Source: Bacteroidales bacterium
Lineage (GTDB): Bacteria; Bacteroidota; Bacteroidia; Bacteroidales; Muribaculaceae
Assembly (NCBI GenBank): GCA_004552485.1
Contig: SFOH01000008.1
Span: forward strand, 590-64,589
Direction of reading: 5' to 3'
DNA: 64,000 nt
Of the stretch, positions 26,201 to 34,866 are shown piece by piece (position 1 is the stretch's first letter; every line of letters starts with the position of its first letter). The notes beneath the pieces are model-generated. The model searched no databases, had not been told where the DNA came from, and saw only the letters and a program-made list of their open reading frames with translations. Position numbers and translations under genes: made by a program.

Positions 26201-28532
26201 ATTCGTCGGAAGCAGGCGCCACATCGCAAGACCCCTGCGCGCAGCAGCCGGCAAGAGCAAGCAAATGTCTGATTTTGAAGACTTTTTCCTCCCGGACGAG
26301 GCGTTCGTAGCCTACGGCACAACGGTAGCCGAGGCGCCTATGGCCAACAAGGCTATGGCCGTCGAGAGTGTGGCGGAGGCTGCCGATGCCGAAGAGGAAG
26401 AAGCCGAGCCTGACGCCGGCGAGGCCAAGGAAGGCAGCGACGAGCAGGTCGAAATCCGCACAGGCGAGCTCACGGAAGCGCTCTGGGCTCCGATGCTCAC
26501 AGCCCGCAACGGCATCGCCGCCATCGACTTCGCCGTCCCCAACGCCAACACCACCTGGGCTGCCGACGTCACGGTCTTCACCCGCGACTTGGCCTCGGCA
26601 CGCGTCAGCAAGCGCTTCGTCTCGCAGAAACCCGTCATGGTGAGCATCAACGCCCCGCGGTTCCTGCGTGTCGGCGACCGCGCCAGCGTCATCGCCTCAT
26701 ACATGAACACCACCGACAAGCCCCTCACGGTGCGCGCCATGCTGGTGGGCTCCGACTCCCTCTCGCGCTCGCTCGTGATTGAACCCGGCACCACCGAGAC
26801 CATGACCGTGCCCGTCTCTGTCAATGCCATCACCGACAGCATATTCGTCACCGCAACAGCCCTGGCCGGCGAATACTCCGACGGCGAACGCCATCTCATC
26901 CCCGTCTACTCCTCGCAGGCCGCCGTCACCGATGCCCGCAACTTCTACATCAACCGCGGCGACACGGTATTCACCATGGAACTGCCCCAGCCTAAAGGCG
27001 AGGACTTCCGCCTGAATCTGACGTACACGGAAAATCCCATGTGGACGGTGGTCGAGGCCCTGCCCTCGCTCCTCGGCAAGAACATCGCTCCCACCGCCAA
27101 TGCCCAGGCCGCCGCATACTTCTCGGCAGCCGTGGCACTCGGCCTCATGGAGCAGCATCCCGAGCTGGAGTACAAATTCAACAAGAAAGAGCTGCAGGGC
27201 ATCATGCGCGACGCCGAGAAAGCCCTCGAAAAACTGCAGACCGCCAACGGCAGCTTCCAGTGGGGCCCCTGGAGCCGCGGCGGCGACACGTGGTCAACGG
27301 GTGCTGTCCTCGACTTCATGGCTACGCTCAAACGCGCCGGCTATCTCCCCGAAAAGAGCGCTATCAACAACCTCATTCCGGCCGCCGTGCGCTATTATGA
27401 CAAGGAGGTGAAGGACGTGAACATGCTCTATGCCATCATCCGCCCCGCTTTCCCCGAAGTGACCCAGAGTCTGAACGGCCAGTCCGTCACCCACAAGACC
27501 CTTCAGTACATCAACAAGAACTGGAAGAACATGAGCATCGGCATCAAGGCCGAGGCCGCCTCAACACTCCACTTCAACGGCGCCGACAACATGGCCCGCA
27601 AGATTATGGAGTCCGTTGACCAGTTCGGCACGCAGACCCCCTCCAAGGGCTACGAGTTCAAGAATGTCACCTCGCTGCAGACCTACGCATGGCTGCTCCA
27701 GGCCTACGGCGGCATCGACCCCAAGTCGGAGCACGTTGACGGCATCCGCCAGTATCTCATCGTCCGCAAGCAGGCCACCGACTGGGGCAACAGCGCCATC
27801 ACAAGCTGGATTGTCAACGCCATGATCACGAGCGGCACACCATGGACCACTCCCGCCGAGGGCACCGTGGTGCGCCTCCAGGACGGCGTCATGCAGTTCA
27901 CCCCCACCGAGCGTATGGGCACAATCTCCGTGCCTGTCTCCGGCCCCACGATGACGTTGGAGTTGTCCAGCAAAACGCCCTCCTACGGCGCCGTTACGGC
28001 CACATATATCCAACCCATGGCCGACGTAAAGGCCTTCTCAGACGGCGAAATATCAGTTGAGAAAGAGCTCCTTCTCCAGGACCGCGCCACCGCCAGGTAC
28101 AAGCACCTTGACAAGAACACCGCTCTGAAAATCGGCGACCGCGTGAAAGTGCTCATCACGGTCAAGTCCGACCGCCCCATGAGCCACGTCACCATCACCG
28201 ACGACCGTGCCGCCGCCCTCGAACCCGTCGACCAGCTACCCGGCTACGTCTATGCCGACGGCGTCTGCGCCTACCGCGAGAACCGCGATGCGGCCACCAA
28301 CCTCTACATTGACTACCTGCCCAAGGGCACCTACCTGTTCGAGTACGAGCTCACCGTCAACAACGCCGGCACCTACTCCACCGGCATCGCCACGGCCACA
28401 TGCACGCAGGCCCCCACCCTCACAGCCCACTCCTCCGGCTCAATCCTGAACATCCCCTTAGCGCACAACCCGCATTTTACTATGCGCAGCAGCCCCGGCC
28501 TCACCGCCGGGGTTGCTTGCTTCTTGCCCTAA
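23241..28532 (+). CDS. Alpha-2-macroglobulin family protein (MG-domain rich, no thioester motif seen)
   Basis: 1763 aa with a signal peptide and repeated Ig-like MG modules. No CxEQ motif at the expected place (ALPSLLGKNIAPTANAQAAAY). Confidence 0.85.
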   Translation: MIKRLMAIVATVAALSASAQVKAPDFAYPKTVKSEAEKGLKKAGDDGVAQLDYLMQLTIADALIDEATMPKSLERVLEYGHRQKNPQTAALFNLYAATLANQIYERNMWTYDRRDLPLAPRPKDMTEWSGKMFRFYVDSLCTAGLKAAGDMPVADLLPVISADKLQQLYFPTLRDFATAVALGLQNPYSSDISRQMKLYESAIAAHPEGSAPWYAWHALAPFPGKCAKECLRLFNEAKNRREALVLWQDIIDETDVGDSITARPDFREALKTATEIAATTEFKGLFTNFNNFIYGASVTASAEEMVPADTPFELALSTVRNASKVKVTFVRFDNEKARRRYMRDKLGKGLDTYEFTYDFENTPVNQSRKVSIELPAGYYAVRASADNHVNKQQNLGRVDVLPYTAVLFKAPGTAVVGVYGLADGKAMSGAKVSLVNHKDKTVASGTTDRDGRVSFPVSVGNCHVRVSALGIVKDFDDESIYNTGRVSRLNSNLRVSFATQRGLYHPGDSVRFVAVAMNDSMVVADRRLTIKLTDVDGKEVAKTTGVTDTFGRFAAAIAIPAEVERTGSFRLIVDDDNISGSASVMVSDYKLQGIEMADLKAIPNDRASASATVSGRVRTFSGQPVSNAVVTVRLNADADSLKAVETLTDTEGKFSAVVKYPASFSKESRYMSATATVTGPDGNTVSESTSFDGMYPYTLTVVIPYDGCSTHEPLKLIYLLHNAATDSLAVPVKWQLMKDKKPVKEGTIESSPAQLDFRDMRTGYYCLSVTPADTLLAAPQLNYITLYNPGQAVIPDSTQNFYLPKNAFESKNCAIDVEVGVNRPVTLTAVIPGKDGAAPSFQSFALKPGYRTIAIKVGDGERAELVAVNNGSIQRETVSITHPQKPELTVTLESFRDKVVSGGKESWTVKVTDKEGHAVDAAVVANIHDYRLDLLRTPARLSLHRQFYTPNPLRIATPYSYRYSANFLNDYKLEDVYRLTLPTWRYSFVGSRRHIARPLRAAAGKSKQMSDFEDFFLPDEAFVAYGTTVAEAPMANKAMAVESVAEAADAEEEEAEPDAGEAKEGSDEQVEIRTGELTEALWAPMLTARNGIAAIDFAVPNANTTWAADVTVFTRDLASARVSKRFVSQKPVMVSINAPRFLRVGDRASVIASYMNTTDKPLTVRAMLVGSDSLSRSLVIEPGTTETMTVPVSVNAITDSIFVTATALAGEYSDGERHLIPVYSSQAAVTDARNFYINRGDTVFTMELPQPKGEDFRLNLTYTENPMWTVVEALPSLLGKNIAPTANAQAAAYFSAAVALGLMEQHPELEYKFNKKELQGIMRDAEKALEKLQTANGSFQWGPWSRGGDTWSTGAVLDFMATLKRAGYLPEKSAINNLIPAAVRYYDKEVKDVNMLYAIIRPAFPEVTQSLNGQSVTHKTLQYINKNWKNMSIGIKAEAASTLHFNGADNMARKIMESVDQFGTQTPSKGYEFKNVTSLQTYAWLLQAYGGIDPKSEHVDGIRQYLIVRKQATDWGNSAITSWIVNAMITSGTPWTTPAEGTVVRLQDGVMQFTPTERMGTISVPVSGPTMTLELSSKTPSYGAVTATYIQPMADVKAFSDGEISVEKELLLQDRATARYKHLDKNTALKIGDRVKVLITVKSDRPMSHVTITDDRAAALEPVDQLPGYVYADGVCAYRENRDAATNLYIDYLPKGTYLFEYELTVNNAGTYSTGIATATCTQAPTLTAHSSGSILNIPLAHNPHFTMRSSPGLTAGVACFLP

Positions 28533-28673
28533 TACCTCCAAACACTGACCTCTGACCTCCCCGGGTGTGGCGAAAAAGGGAAATTTTGGGTCAAAATGGG
28601 CGTAATATTCTAAAAGAACGTTATTGTGAGTTAAATTTTGTATATTTTGTGTGTCGGTTACATTTTTTTTAAT

Positions 28674-28681
28674 TAATTTTG
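28674..28681 (+). promoter_or_regulatory. Orphan -7-like box (TAatTTTG) inside an AT-rich island
   Basis: Exact TAnnTTTG match. No long ORF downstream before the HAD promoter. Confidence 0.35.
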
Positions 28682-28884
28682 TAGCGCAAGTTCGAAATGA
28701 CTCTATCGTCAAACCCATAAACCAATCAATCTTACGACCAATCAAGATAAAAAATAAGATAAAGATAAGGATAAGGATAAGAGAAAGACAAAAATTATTC
28801 ATGAGATCAGATCAATAATAAGTGAATCATAGGTTAATGAAGCGGCTGCTTGTGAAAGTGGCTGCTTTTTTATTGTCCCCTCCC

Positions 28885-28905
28885 CATTCCTCATTCCTCA
28901 TTCCC
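28885..28905. repeat. Heptamer tandem repeat (CATTCCT) x3
   Basis: cccctcccCATTCCTCATTCCTCATTCCccc, just upstream of the -33/-7 elements of the HAD gene. Confidence 0.85.
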
Positions 28906-28932
28906 CCGTTTGGTGGTTTCGCGCTTTTTTAG

Positions 28933-28940
28933 TAACTTTG
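28933..28940 (+). promoter_or_regulatory. -7 promoter box (TAacTTTG)
   Basis: 26 nt upstream of ATG 28966. TTTG at about 28909-28912 lies 20 nt upstream of the -7 box. Confidence 0.6.
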
Positions 28941-28965
28941 CGCATGAATAAAAACTGACTCGATT

Positions 28966-29628
28966 ATGGGCAATAAGGCTTTCATCTTTGACTTGGACGA
29001 CACGCTCTACAAGGAGCGCGACTATCGCGCCAGCGGCTACCGCATCATCGCACGCTGCTTCGCCGCCGCCTGCGGCATGAGCCCCGAACAGCTCTACTAC
29101 GAGATGATGGCCGACCCCACGCAGGCCTTCGAGCGCGTCATGGACCTCGCCGCTAAATACGGCGTCTCCGTCAGCATCGACACGCAGCTCAGCGTCTACC
29201 GCAGCCAGCTGCCGGACATCGCCATCGACGACAACACCTGCGCCGTCCTCGAAGAGCTGCGCCGCCGCGGCTACCTGCTCGGCATCATCACCGACGGACG
29301 CCCCGTCGGCCAGCTCAACAAGCTCGCCGCCCTGCAGGTCACGCGCTTCTTCGACCCCGAGTACGTCATACCCACGGCTCTTTTCAACACCGACAAGACC
29401 GAGGAAACGCCCTTCGCGATGATGGAGGCCCGTATGGAAGGCGTCTGCTCGTTCACATATGTCGGCGACAATCCCTTCAAGGACTTCCACTATCCCAACC
29501 TCCGCGGCTGGGACACGGTCATGCTCGCCGACCCCGAGGGCGTGAACATCCACCACCAGCGCCTCGAGGAATATCCCCGCGACTTCCGCCCCAAACGCAT
29601 CATCCACTCTCTTTCAGAACTCTTATAA
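28966..29628 (+). CDS. HAD family hydrolase
   Basis: Motif I FIFDLDDTLY. 220 aa. Confidence 0.85.
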   Translation: MGNKAFIFDLDDTLYKERDYRASGYRIIARCFAAACGMSPEQLYYEMMADPTQAFERVMDLAAKYGVSVSIDTQLSVYRSQLPDIAIDDNTCAVLEELRRRGYLLGIITDGRPVGQLNKLAALQVTRFFDPEYVIPTALFNTDKTEETPFAMMEARMEGVCSFTYVGDNPFKDFHYPNLRGWDTVMLADPEGVNIHHQRLEEYPRDFRPKRIIHSLSELL

Positions 29629-29645
29629 CAGGCAGGCCATCCCCT

Positions 29646-29673
29646 CATTCCTCATTCCTCATTCCTCATCCCC
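29646..29673. repeat. Heptamer tandem repeat (CATTCCT) x3 plus a degenerate fourth unit
   Basis: ccatcccctCATTCCTCATTCCTCATTCCTCATCCCCctg, between the HAD stop and the gmd start. Confidence 0.85.
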
Positions 29674-29708
29674 CTGCCACAAACGCATAAAACCCAGCAG
29701 AAAAAATC

Positions 29709-30770
29709 ATGCCAACAGCTCTTATTACCGGCATCACCGGTCAGGACGGCTCCTATCTGGCCGAATTCCTCCTTGAGAAAGGCTACGAGGTGCACGGCGT
29801 CATGCGCCGCAGCTCCTCTTTCAACACCGAACGCATCGAGCACCTCTATCTCGACGAATGGGTGCGCGACATGCACCGGCGCCGCCTGCTGAATCTCCAC
29901 TACGGCGACATGACGGACTCGTCTTCGCTCACACGTATCATCGCCGAAGTCAAGCCCGACGAGATATACAACCTGGCCGCACAGAGCCACGTCAAAGTGT
30001 CGTTTGACGTGCCCGAGTACACGGCCGAAGTCGTGGCCACCGGCGCCCTCCGTCTCCTCGAGGCCGTGCGCATCCTCGGCATGGAGCACAAATGCCGCAT
30101 CTACCAGGCCAGCACCTCCGAGCTCTTCGGCCGGGTGGAGGAGATTCCCCAGCGCGAGACCACACCCTTCCACCCGCAGTCGCCCTACGCCGTCGCCAAG
30201 CTCTATGCCTACTGGATTATGCGCAACTACCGCGACAGCTACAACATGTACACCGCCAACGGCATCCTCTTCAACCACGAGAGCGAGCGCCGCGGCGAGA
30301 ACTTCGTGACCCGCAAAATCACCATGGCCGCCGCACGCATCGCCGCCGGCCGCCAGGACAAGCTCTATCTCGGCAACCTCAACGCTCTCCGCGACTGGGG
30401 CTATGCCCTGGACTATGTGGAGTGCATGTGGCTGATCCTCCAGCAGGACAAGCCCGACGACTACGTCATCGCCACCGGCGAGCAGCACTCCGTGCGCGAG
30501 TTCGCCACCCTCGCCTTCCGCGAAGTGGGCATCGAGCTGCGCTGGGAGGGCGAAGGCCTGGACGAGAAAGGCATCGACACCGCCACCGGTCACGTCCTCG
30601 TCGAAGTTGACCCGCGCTTCTTCCGTCCCGCCGAAGTGGAGACGCTCCTGGGCGACCCCACCAAGGCACGCACCCTCCTGGGCTGGAACCCGCGCAAGAC
30701 GTCCTTCGAGGACCTCGTCAAGAAGATGGTGCGCTCCGATCGCGACCTCGTTGCCGCCGGTAAGCTTTAA
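29709..30770 (+). CDS. gmd: GDP-mannose 4,6-dehydratase
   Basis: [27 protein letters not shown]. 353 aa. Confidence 0.95.
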   Translation: MPTALITGITGQDGSYLAEFLLEKGYEVHGVMRRSSSFNTERIEHLYLDEWVRDMHRRRLLNLHYGDMTDSSSLTRIIAEVKPDEIYNLAAQSHVKVSFDVPEYTAEVVATGALRLLEAVRILGMEHKCRIYQASTSELFGRVEEIPQRETTPFHPQSPYAVAKLYAYWIMRNYRDSYNMYTANGILFNHESERRGENFVTRKITMAAARIAAGRQDKLYLGNLNALRDWGYALDYVECMWLILQQDKPDDYVIATGEQHSVREFATLAFREVGIELRWEGEGLDEKGIDTATGHVLVEVDPRFFRPAEVETLLGDPTKARTLLGWNPRKTSFEDLVKKMVRSDRDLVAAGKL

Positions 30771-30805
30771 CCTTATGTCCTAAAATCTAAAACGTCAAAC
30801 ACCCC

Positions 30806-31897
30806 GTGCTTACAAAGGATTCAAAAATATACGTTGCCGGACACCGCGGACTCGTCGGCTCCGCCATCAAACGCAACCTCGAAAAACGCGGCTTCACCAA
30901 CGTCATCGGCCGCACCCACGCCGAGCTCGACTTGCTCGACCCCGTTGCCGTCCGCGAATTCTTCGACCGCGAGCGCCCCGACGCTGTCGTCCTCGCCGCT
31001 GCTCACGTCGGCGGCATCATGGCCAACTCACGCTATCGCGCCGACTTCATCTATCAGAACCTGCAAATCCAGCAGAACGTCATCGGCGAAGCCTGGCGTC
31101 ACGGCGTCAAGAAGCTCGTCTTCCTCGGCTCCACGTGCATCTATCCGCGCGAGGCTCCCCAGCCCATTCCCGAGGACGCACTGCTCACGTCGCCCCTCGA
31201 GTACACCAACGAGCCATATGCCATCGCCAAAATCGCCGGCATGAAACTTTGCGAGAGTCTCAACCTGCAGTACGGCACCGACTACATCGCCGTCATGCCA
31301 ACGAACCTCTACGGCCCCGGCGACAACTTCCACCTCGAGAACTCGCACGTGCTCCCCGCCATGATTCGCAAGATGCACCTGGCACGCCTTCTGAGCGAGG
31401 GTCGCTACGACCTCATCCGCGAGGACCTGGGACGCCTCCCCGTCACCGGCTACACCGCCGACTCCACCGACGCCGACATCGACGCTATCCTCGCACGCTT
31501 CGGCATCTACGCCGACCGCCTGGAGCTGTGGGGAACGGGCACGCCCCTGCGCGAATTTCTGTGGAGCGAGGACATGGCCGACGCCACTGTCCACGTCATG
31601 CTCAATGTCTCCTTCAACGACGTCAAAGGCGACAGCCCCGAAGTGCGCAACACCCACATCAACATCGGCACCGGCAAGGAGCTGCATATTGCCGAACTGG
31701 CCGCCCTCATCAAGGACGAAGTCGGCTTCCCCGGCGAGATACGCTGGGACGCCACCAAGCCCGACGGCACCATGCGCAAGCTCTGCGACGTGAGCAAGAT
31801 TCACTCGCTGGGCTGGCACCACACAGTCGAGCTGAAGGACGGCATCGCCCGCCTCTACCGCTGGTATCTCACAGAGAAACCCGGTCATTGCCGCTAA
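30806..31897 (+). CDS. fcl: GDP-L-fucose synthase
   Basis: KIYVAGHRGLVGSAI and NLYGPGDNF. GTG start, with no in-frame ATG upstream. Confidence 0.92.
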   Translation: MLTKDSKIYVAGHRGLVGSAIKRNLEKRGFTNVIGRTHAELDLLDPVAVREFFDRERPDAVVLAAAHVGGIMANSRYRADFIYQNLQIQQNVIGEAWRHGVKKLVFLGSTCIYPREAPQPIPEDALLTSPLEYTNEPYAIAKIAGMKLCESLNLQYGTDYIAVMPTNLYGPGDNFHLENSHVLPAMIRKMHLARLLSEGRYDLIREDLGRLPVTGYTADSTDADIDAILARFGIYADRLELWGTGTPLREFLWSEDMADATVHVMLNVSFNDVKGDSPEVRNTHINIGTGKELHIAELAALIKDEVGFPGEIRWDATKPDGTMRKLCDVSKIHSLGWHHTVELKDGIARLYRWYLTEKPGHCR

Positions 31898-31918
31898 CAA
31901 CCGAGAGCAGGCGTGGGA

Positions 31919-32890
31919 ATGGAATACATCATCGGCTTCATCGTGCTCGTAGCCGCCGAGGGCGCCTTCCTCGTGCTCTCGCGGCGACGCCATGTGGGAG
32001 CCGCCGTGACTGCGCGCTCCTCCCACACCTGCGTCACGCCCACGGCCGGAGGCATCGCGTTCATCCTTGCCGCCGCTGCCTGCGTCGTGTTCAATCACGC
32101 GCTCATGTCCACCGCCGCGTGGGTCACAGCCGGAGCCGCTTTGTTGCTTGGAGCAGTCTCTTTCGCCGACGACATGCGCCCCCTGCCATGGCTGCCACGC
32201 CTGCTGGCGCAAGTGGCCGCTGTCACCGCTGCCTATTGGTTCATCTGCCCCGGGGAGCCGGCATGGGTTATGCCCGTGGCCGCTTTTGGCGCCCTCGCGT
32301 TCATAAACTCGCTAAACTTTTTGGATGGAATACGCTGCATGCTCGGCTTCTACGCCCTCGTCGCCGTCGCCACGCTGTGGTATGTGCTCGGTTCGGCGGC
32401 CTGCGCGGGGATGCCCTCCCAGCCGTTGCTCACGCAGCTGTGCCTGTGGATGATGCTCGGTATCGGAGCCTTTCTCGCGTTCAATCTCAGCGACAGCATC
32501 TTCTGCGGCGACACCGGCTCCGTCTTCGCCGGCTTCATCATCTCAGTGCTGCTCACGGCCGTAATCCTATACACCGGCGACATCACGTATCTGACGCTTG
32601 TAATTGTTTGCCTGTGCGACACGGCGCTGACGACCGTGCTGCGGCTCTTTTCCGGCAAGAACATCTTCAAGCCGCACCGCACCTTCCTCTATCAGCTTCT
32701 GACTACACGATTCCGCTGGACGCACATGCGGACGGCCACGGTCTACGCCGCCCTCCAGCTTGTAATAAACCTTATCTTCCTGCGCACACCCCTCTCGGGA
32801 CGCCTCCCCTTTCTCATCACCATCGCCATCCTCCTCAGCCTCATCCACCTGGCCGTGCGCCGGCGCGCCGAGGCGATTAAAGGTCTTTGA
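31919..32890 (+). CDS. MraY/WecA-family undecaprenyl-phosphate sugar-1-phosphate transferase
   Basis: Polytopic membrane protein with SFADDMRPL and NSLNFLDGI motifs. ATG at 31919 (GTG at 31913 is possible). Confidence 0.8.
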   Translation: MEYIIGFIVLVAAEGAFLVLSRRRHVGAAVTARSSHTCVTPTAGGIAFILAAAACVVFNHALMSTAAWVTAGAALLLGAVSFADDMRPLPWLPRLLAQVAAVTAAYWFICPGEPAWVMPVAAFGALAFINSLNFLDGIRCMLGFYALVAVATLWYVLGSAACAGMPSQPLLTQLCLWMMLGIGAFLAFNLSDSIFCGDTGSVFAGFIISVLLTAVILYTGDITYLTLVIVCLCDTALTTVLRLFSGKNIFKPHRTFLYQLLTTRFRWTHMRTATVYAALQLVINLIFLRTPLSGRLPFLITIAILLSLIHLAVRRRAEAIKGL

Positions 32891-33167
32891 GGACGTTGCG
32901 TGCGCCCGTGAGATAGTCTTCGGCGCAGTTCGGCATGCCCTGTTCGGCCAGCTCGTGGGCGCGGGCATGGATTTCGAGCACGGCCTCCACGCGCTCTGCC
33001 GACGCACTGTCGTGAAGGAGCGCCCGGCGGGCATCGGCCTCACCGGCGGACACAAGCTCCGGGTCGGCGGTGTGCGGCGTGGGCTTGGTTGATACTTTAT
33101 TGTTGGAGCAGGCGCCCAGGCTCAAAGCGAGGGCGGCGGCGCAAAAGATGCTGACGGCGTGTTTCAT
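32877..33167 (-). CDS. Hypothetical lipoprotein
   Basis: MKHAVSIFCAAALALSLGACS lipobox. 96 aa. The 3-prime end overlaps the convergent transferase by 14 nt. Confidence 0.6.
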   Translation of the reverse strand: MKHAVSIFCAAALALSLGACSNNKVSTKPTPHTADPELVSAGEADARRALLHDSASAERVEAVLEIHARAHELAEQGMPNCAEDYLTGARNVLKDL

Positions 33168-33190
33168 TCTCAATTCTCAACTTTTAATTC

Positions 33191-34066
33191 TCAATTCTTG
33201 GGTAGCTCGGCTGCGCGGGAGGCCACACGCTCCATGAGCCAGCGCGGTGTGGACGTGGCGCCGCAGATGCCGATGGTGGCGGCTCCCTCGAGCCACGCTG
33301 CCTCGACGTTCTTGGGGCCGGCGACGAGGTGGGTGCGCGCGTTGACTTCGCGGCAGTGGTCGAAGAGTATGCGGCCGTTCGAGCTTTTCTCGCCGGCCAC
33401 AAAGAGGACGACATCGTGGCGGAGCGCAAACTCGCGCAGGTGCTCGACGCGGTTGGCGACCTGGCGGCAGATGGTGTCGGCGCTCTCGAAGGCGACGCCC
33501 TCGGCCATGCGGCTGCGTATGGCGTCGGTGACGGCCTTGAAGCCCTCGAGACTCTTGGTAGTCTGCGAATAGAGCTTGACGGGGCGGGTGAAGTCGATGC
33601 TGGAGATTTCGTCGATGCTCTCGATGACGATGGCCCGGGAGTCGGTCTGACCGACGAGGCCGTTCACCTCGGCATGGCCGCGGCGGCCGTATATGACAAT
33701 CTGTGTGCCGTCGCCGGCGCGGAGCGCGTCCTCGTAGGAGCGGCGAATGCGCTGCTGGAGACGAAGGACGACGGGGCACGTTGCGTCGATGATGGTGATG
33801 TCGTTGCGGCGTGCGAGGGCGTACGTCTCCGGGGGCTCGCCGTGGGCACGCAGCAGCACTCGCACGCCGCGGAGCTCGCGCAGACGGTCGTGGTCGATGG
33901 TCTCGAGTCCCTTGCCGCGCAGGCGTTCGACTTCGGCGGTGTTGTGGACGATGTCGCCCAGGCAGTATAGGCGGCCGCCGGCGCCGAGTTCTTCCTCGGC
34001 CTTGTTGATGGCGGTGACCACGCCGAAGCAGAAGCCGCTGCGGTCGTCAATCTCAATGGCTGCCAT
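33191..34066 (-). CDS. ispH: 4-hydroxy-3-methylbut-2-enyl diphosphate reductase
   Basis: SGFCFGVVTAINKAEE and TCPVV motifs. ATG at 34066 (a GTG at 34078 would overlap cmk). Confidence 0.93.
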   Translation of the reverse strand: MAAIEIDDRSGFCFGVVTAINKAEEELGAGGRLYCLGDIVHNTAEVERLRGKGLETIDHDRLRELRGVRVLLRAHGEPPETYALARRNDITIIDATCPVVLRLQQRIRRSYEDALRAGDGTQIVIYGRRGHAEVNGLVGQTDSRAIVIESIDEISSIDFTRPVKLYSQTTKSLEGFKAVTDAIRSRMAEGVAFESADTICRQVANRVEHLREFALRHDVVLFVAGEKSSNGRILFDHCREVNARTHLVAGPKNVEAAWLEGAATIGICGATSTPRWLMERVASRAAELPKN

Positions 34067-34067
34067 C

Positions 34068-34760
34068 TTATGCTTCACCGGTTATGCGGCGCACGCGCTC
34101 GCAGAGCCAGGCATTCTGCTCGTCGAGGGTCATGGCCGAGTTGTCGAGGTCGATGGCATCGTCGGCACGGCGCAGGGGGCTCTCGGCGCGCGTCGAGTCG
34201 ATGTGGTCGCGCTCGCGCACATTGGCGAGCACTTCGTCGTAGGAGACATCCTGGCCCTTGGCGCGCAGCTCGTCGTAGCGGCGGCGTGCACGTGTCTCGG
34301 CCGAGGCGTTCACGTAGATTTTCAGCTCGGCGTCGGGGAAGACCGTTGTGCCGATGTCGCGGCCGTCCATGACTATGCCCTTCTCGCGGCCGAACTCCTG
34401 CTGGAGCTGGACCAGCTTGTGACGGACGGGGACGATGGCGGCGACGGCGCTGACGTGTGACGACACCTCCATGGTGCGAATCTGCGCCTCGACATCCTCA
34501 CCGTTGAGGAGCGTGTGCTGCGAGCCGTCGGCCATGGGGCGGAAGTCGATGGCGATTTCGGGCAGAGCGGCCGTGAGCGCTGCCTCGTCGACACTGCCAT
34601 CGGCTCCAATCATGCCGTGGCGCAGGGCGAAGAGAGTGACGGCGCGGTACATGGCGCCCGAGTCGATATAGCGGTAGCCGAGACGGGCGGCGATGGCGCG
34701 TGCCATGGTGCTCTTTCCGGACGAGGAGTATCCGTCGATGGCTATGATAATCTTTTTCAT
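34068..34760 (-). CDS. cmk: (d)CMP kinase
   Basis: P-loop IAIDGYSSSGKST. Confidence 0.93.
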   Translation of the reverse strand: MKKIIIAIDGYSSSGKSTMARAIAARLGYRYIDSGAMYRAVTLFALRHGMIGADGSVDEAALTAALPEIAIDFRPMADGSQHTLLNGEDVEAQIRTMEVSSHVSAVAAIVPVRHKLVQLQQEFGREKGIVMDGRDIGTTVFPDAELKIYVNASAETRARRRYDELRAKGQDVSYDEVLANVRERDHIDSTRAESPLRRADDAIDLDNSAMTLDEQNAWLCERVRRITGEA

Positions 34761-34807
34761 ACGAGAGTCTTTATTACTAAGAAAAGTCGCTGTCGGACTA
34801 AAAGCGG

Positions 34808-34832
34808 AAAAAGCGGCCGTGACCGCTTTTTT
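34808..34832 (-). terminator. Hairpin plus T-run downstream of porQ
   Basis: AAAAAGCGG-ccgtga-CCGCTTTTTT, with T-runs on both strands. Confidence 0.6.
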
Positions 34833-34866
34833 GTAAATCGTTTGAACTGCCGCGCCTCCCCGGGGG

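Noticed and set aside
23241-28532. Thioester (CxEQ) site in the alpha-2-macroglobulin.
   Set aside because: I scanned the translated sequence and found no CxEQ. The region where it would sit reads NIAPTANAQAAAY. Thioester-less bacterial A2M homologues are known, so this is not a defect.
28458-28802. 114-aa minus-strand ORF with a hydrophobic N-terminus (MNNFCLSLILILIFILFFILIG) in the AT-rich island.
   Set aside because: The hydrophobic stretch is simply the translation of a purine-rich low-complexity tract. The ORF has no promoter box upstream, and it runs 75 nt into the 3-prime end of the A2M gene. A much shorter micropeptide cannot be excluded.
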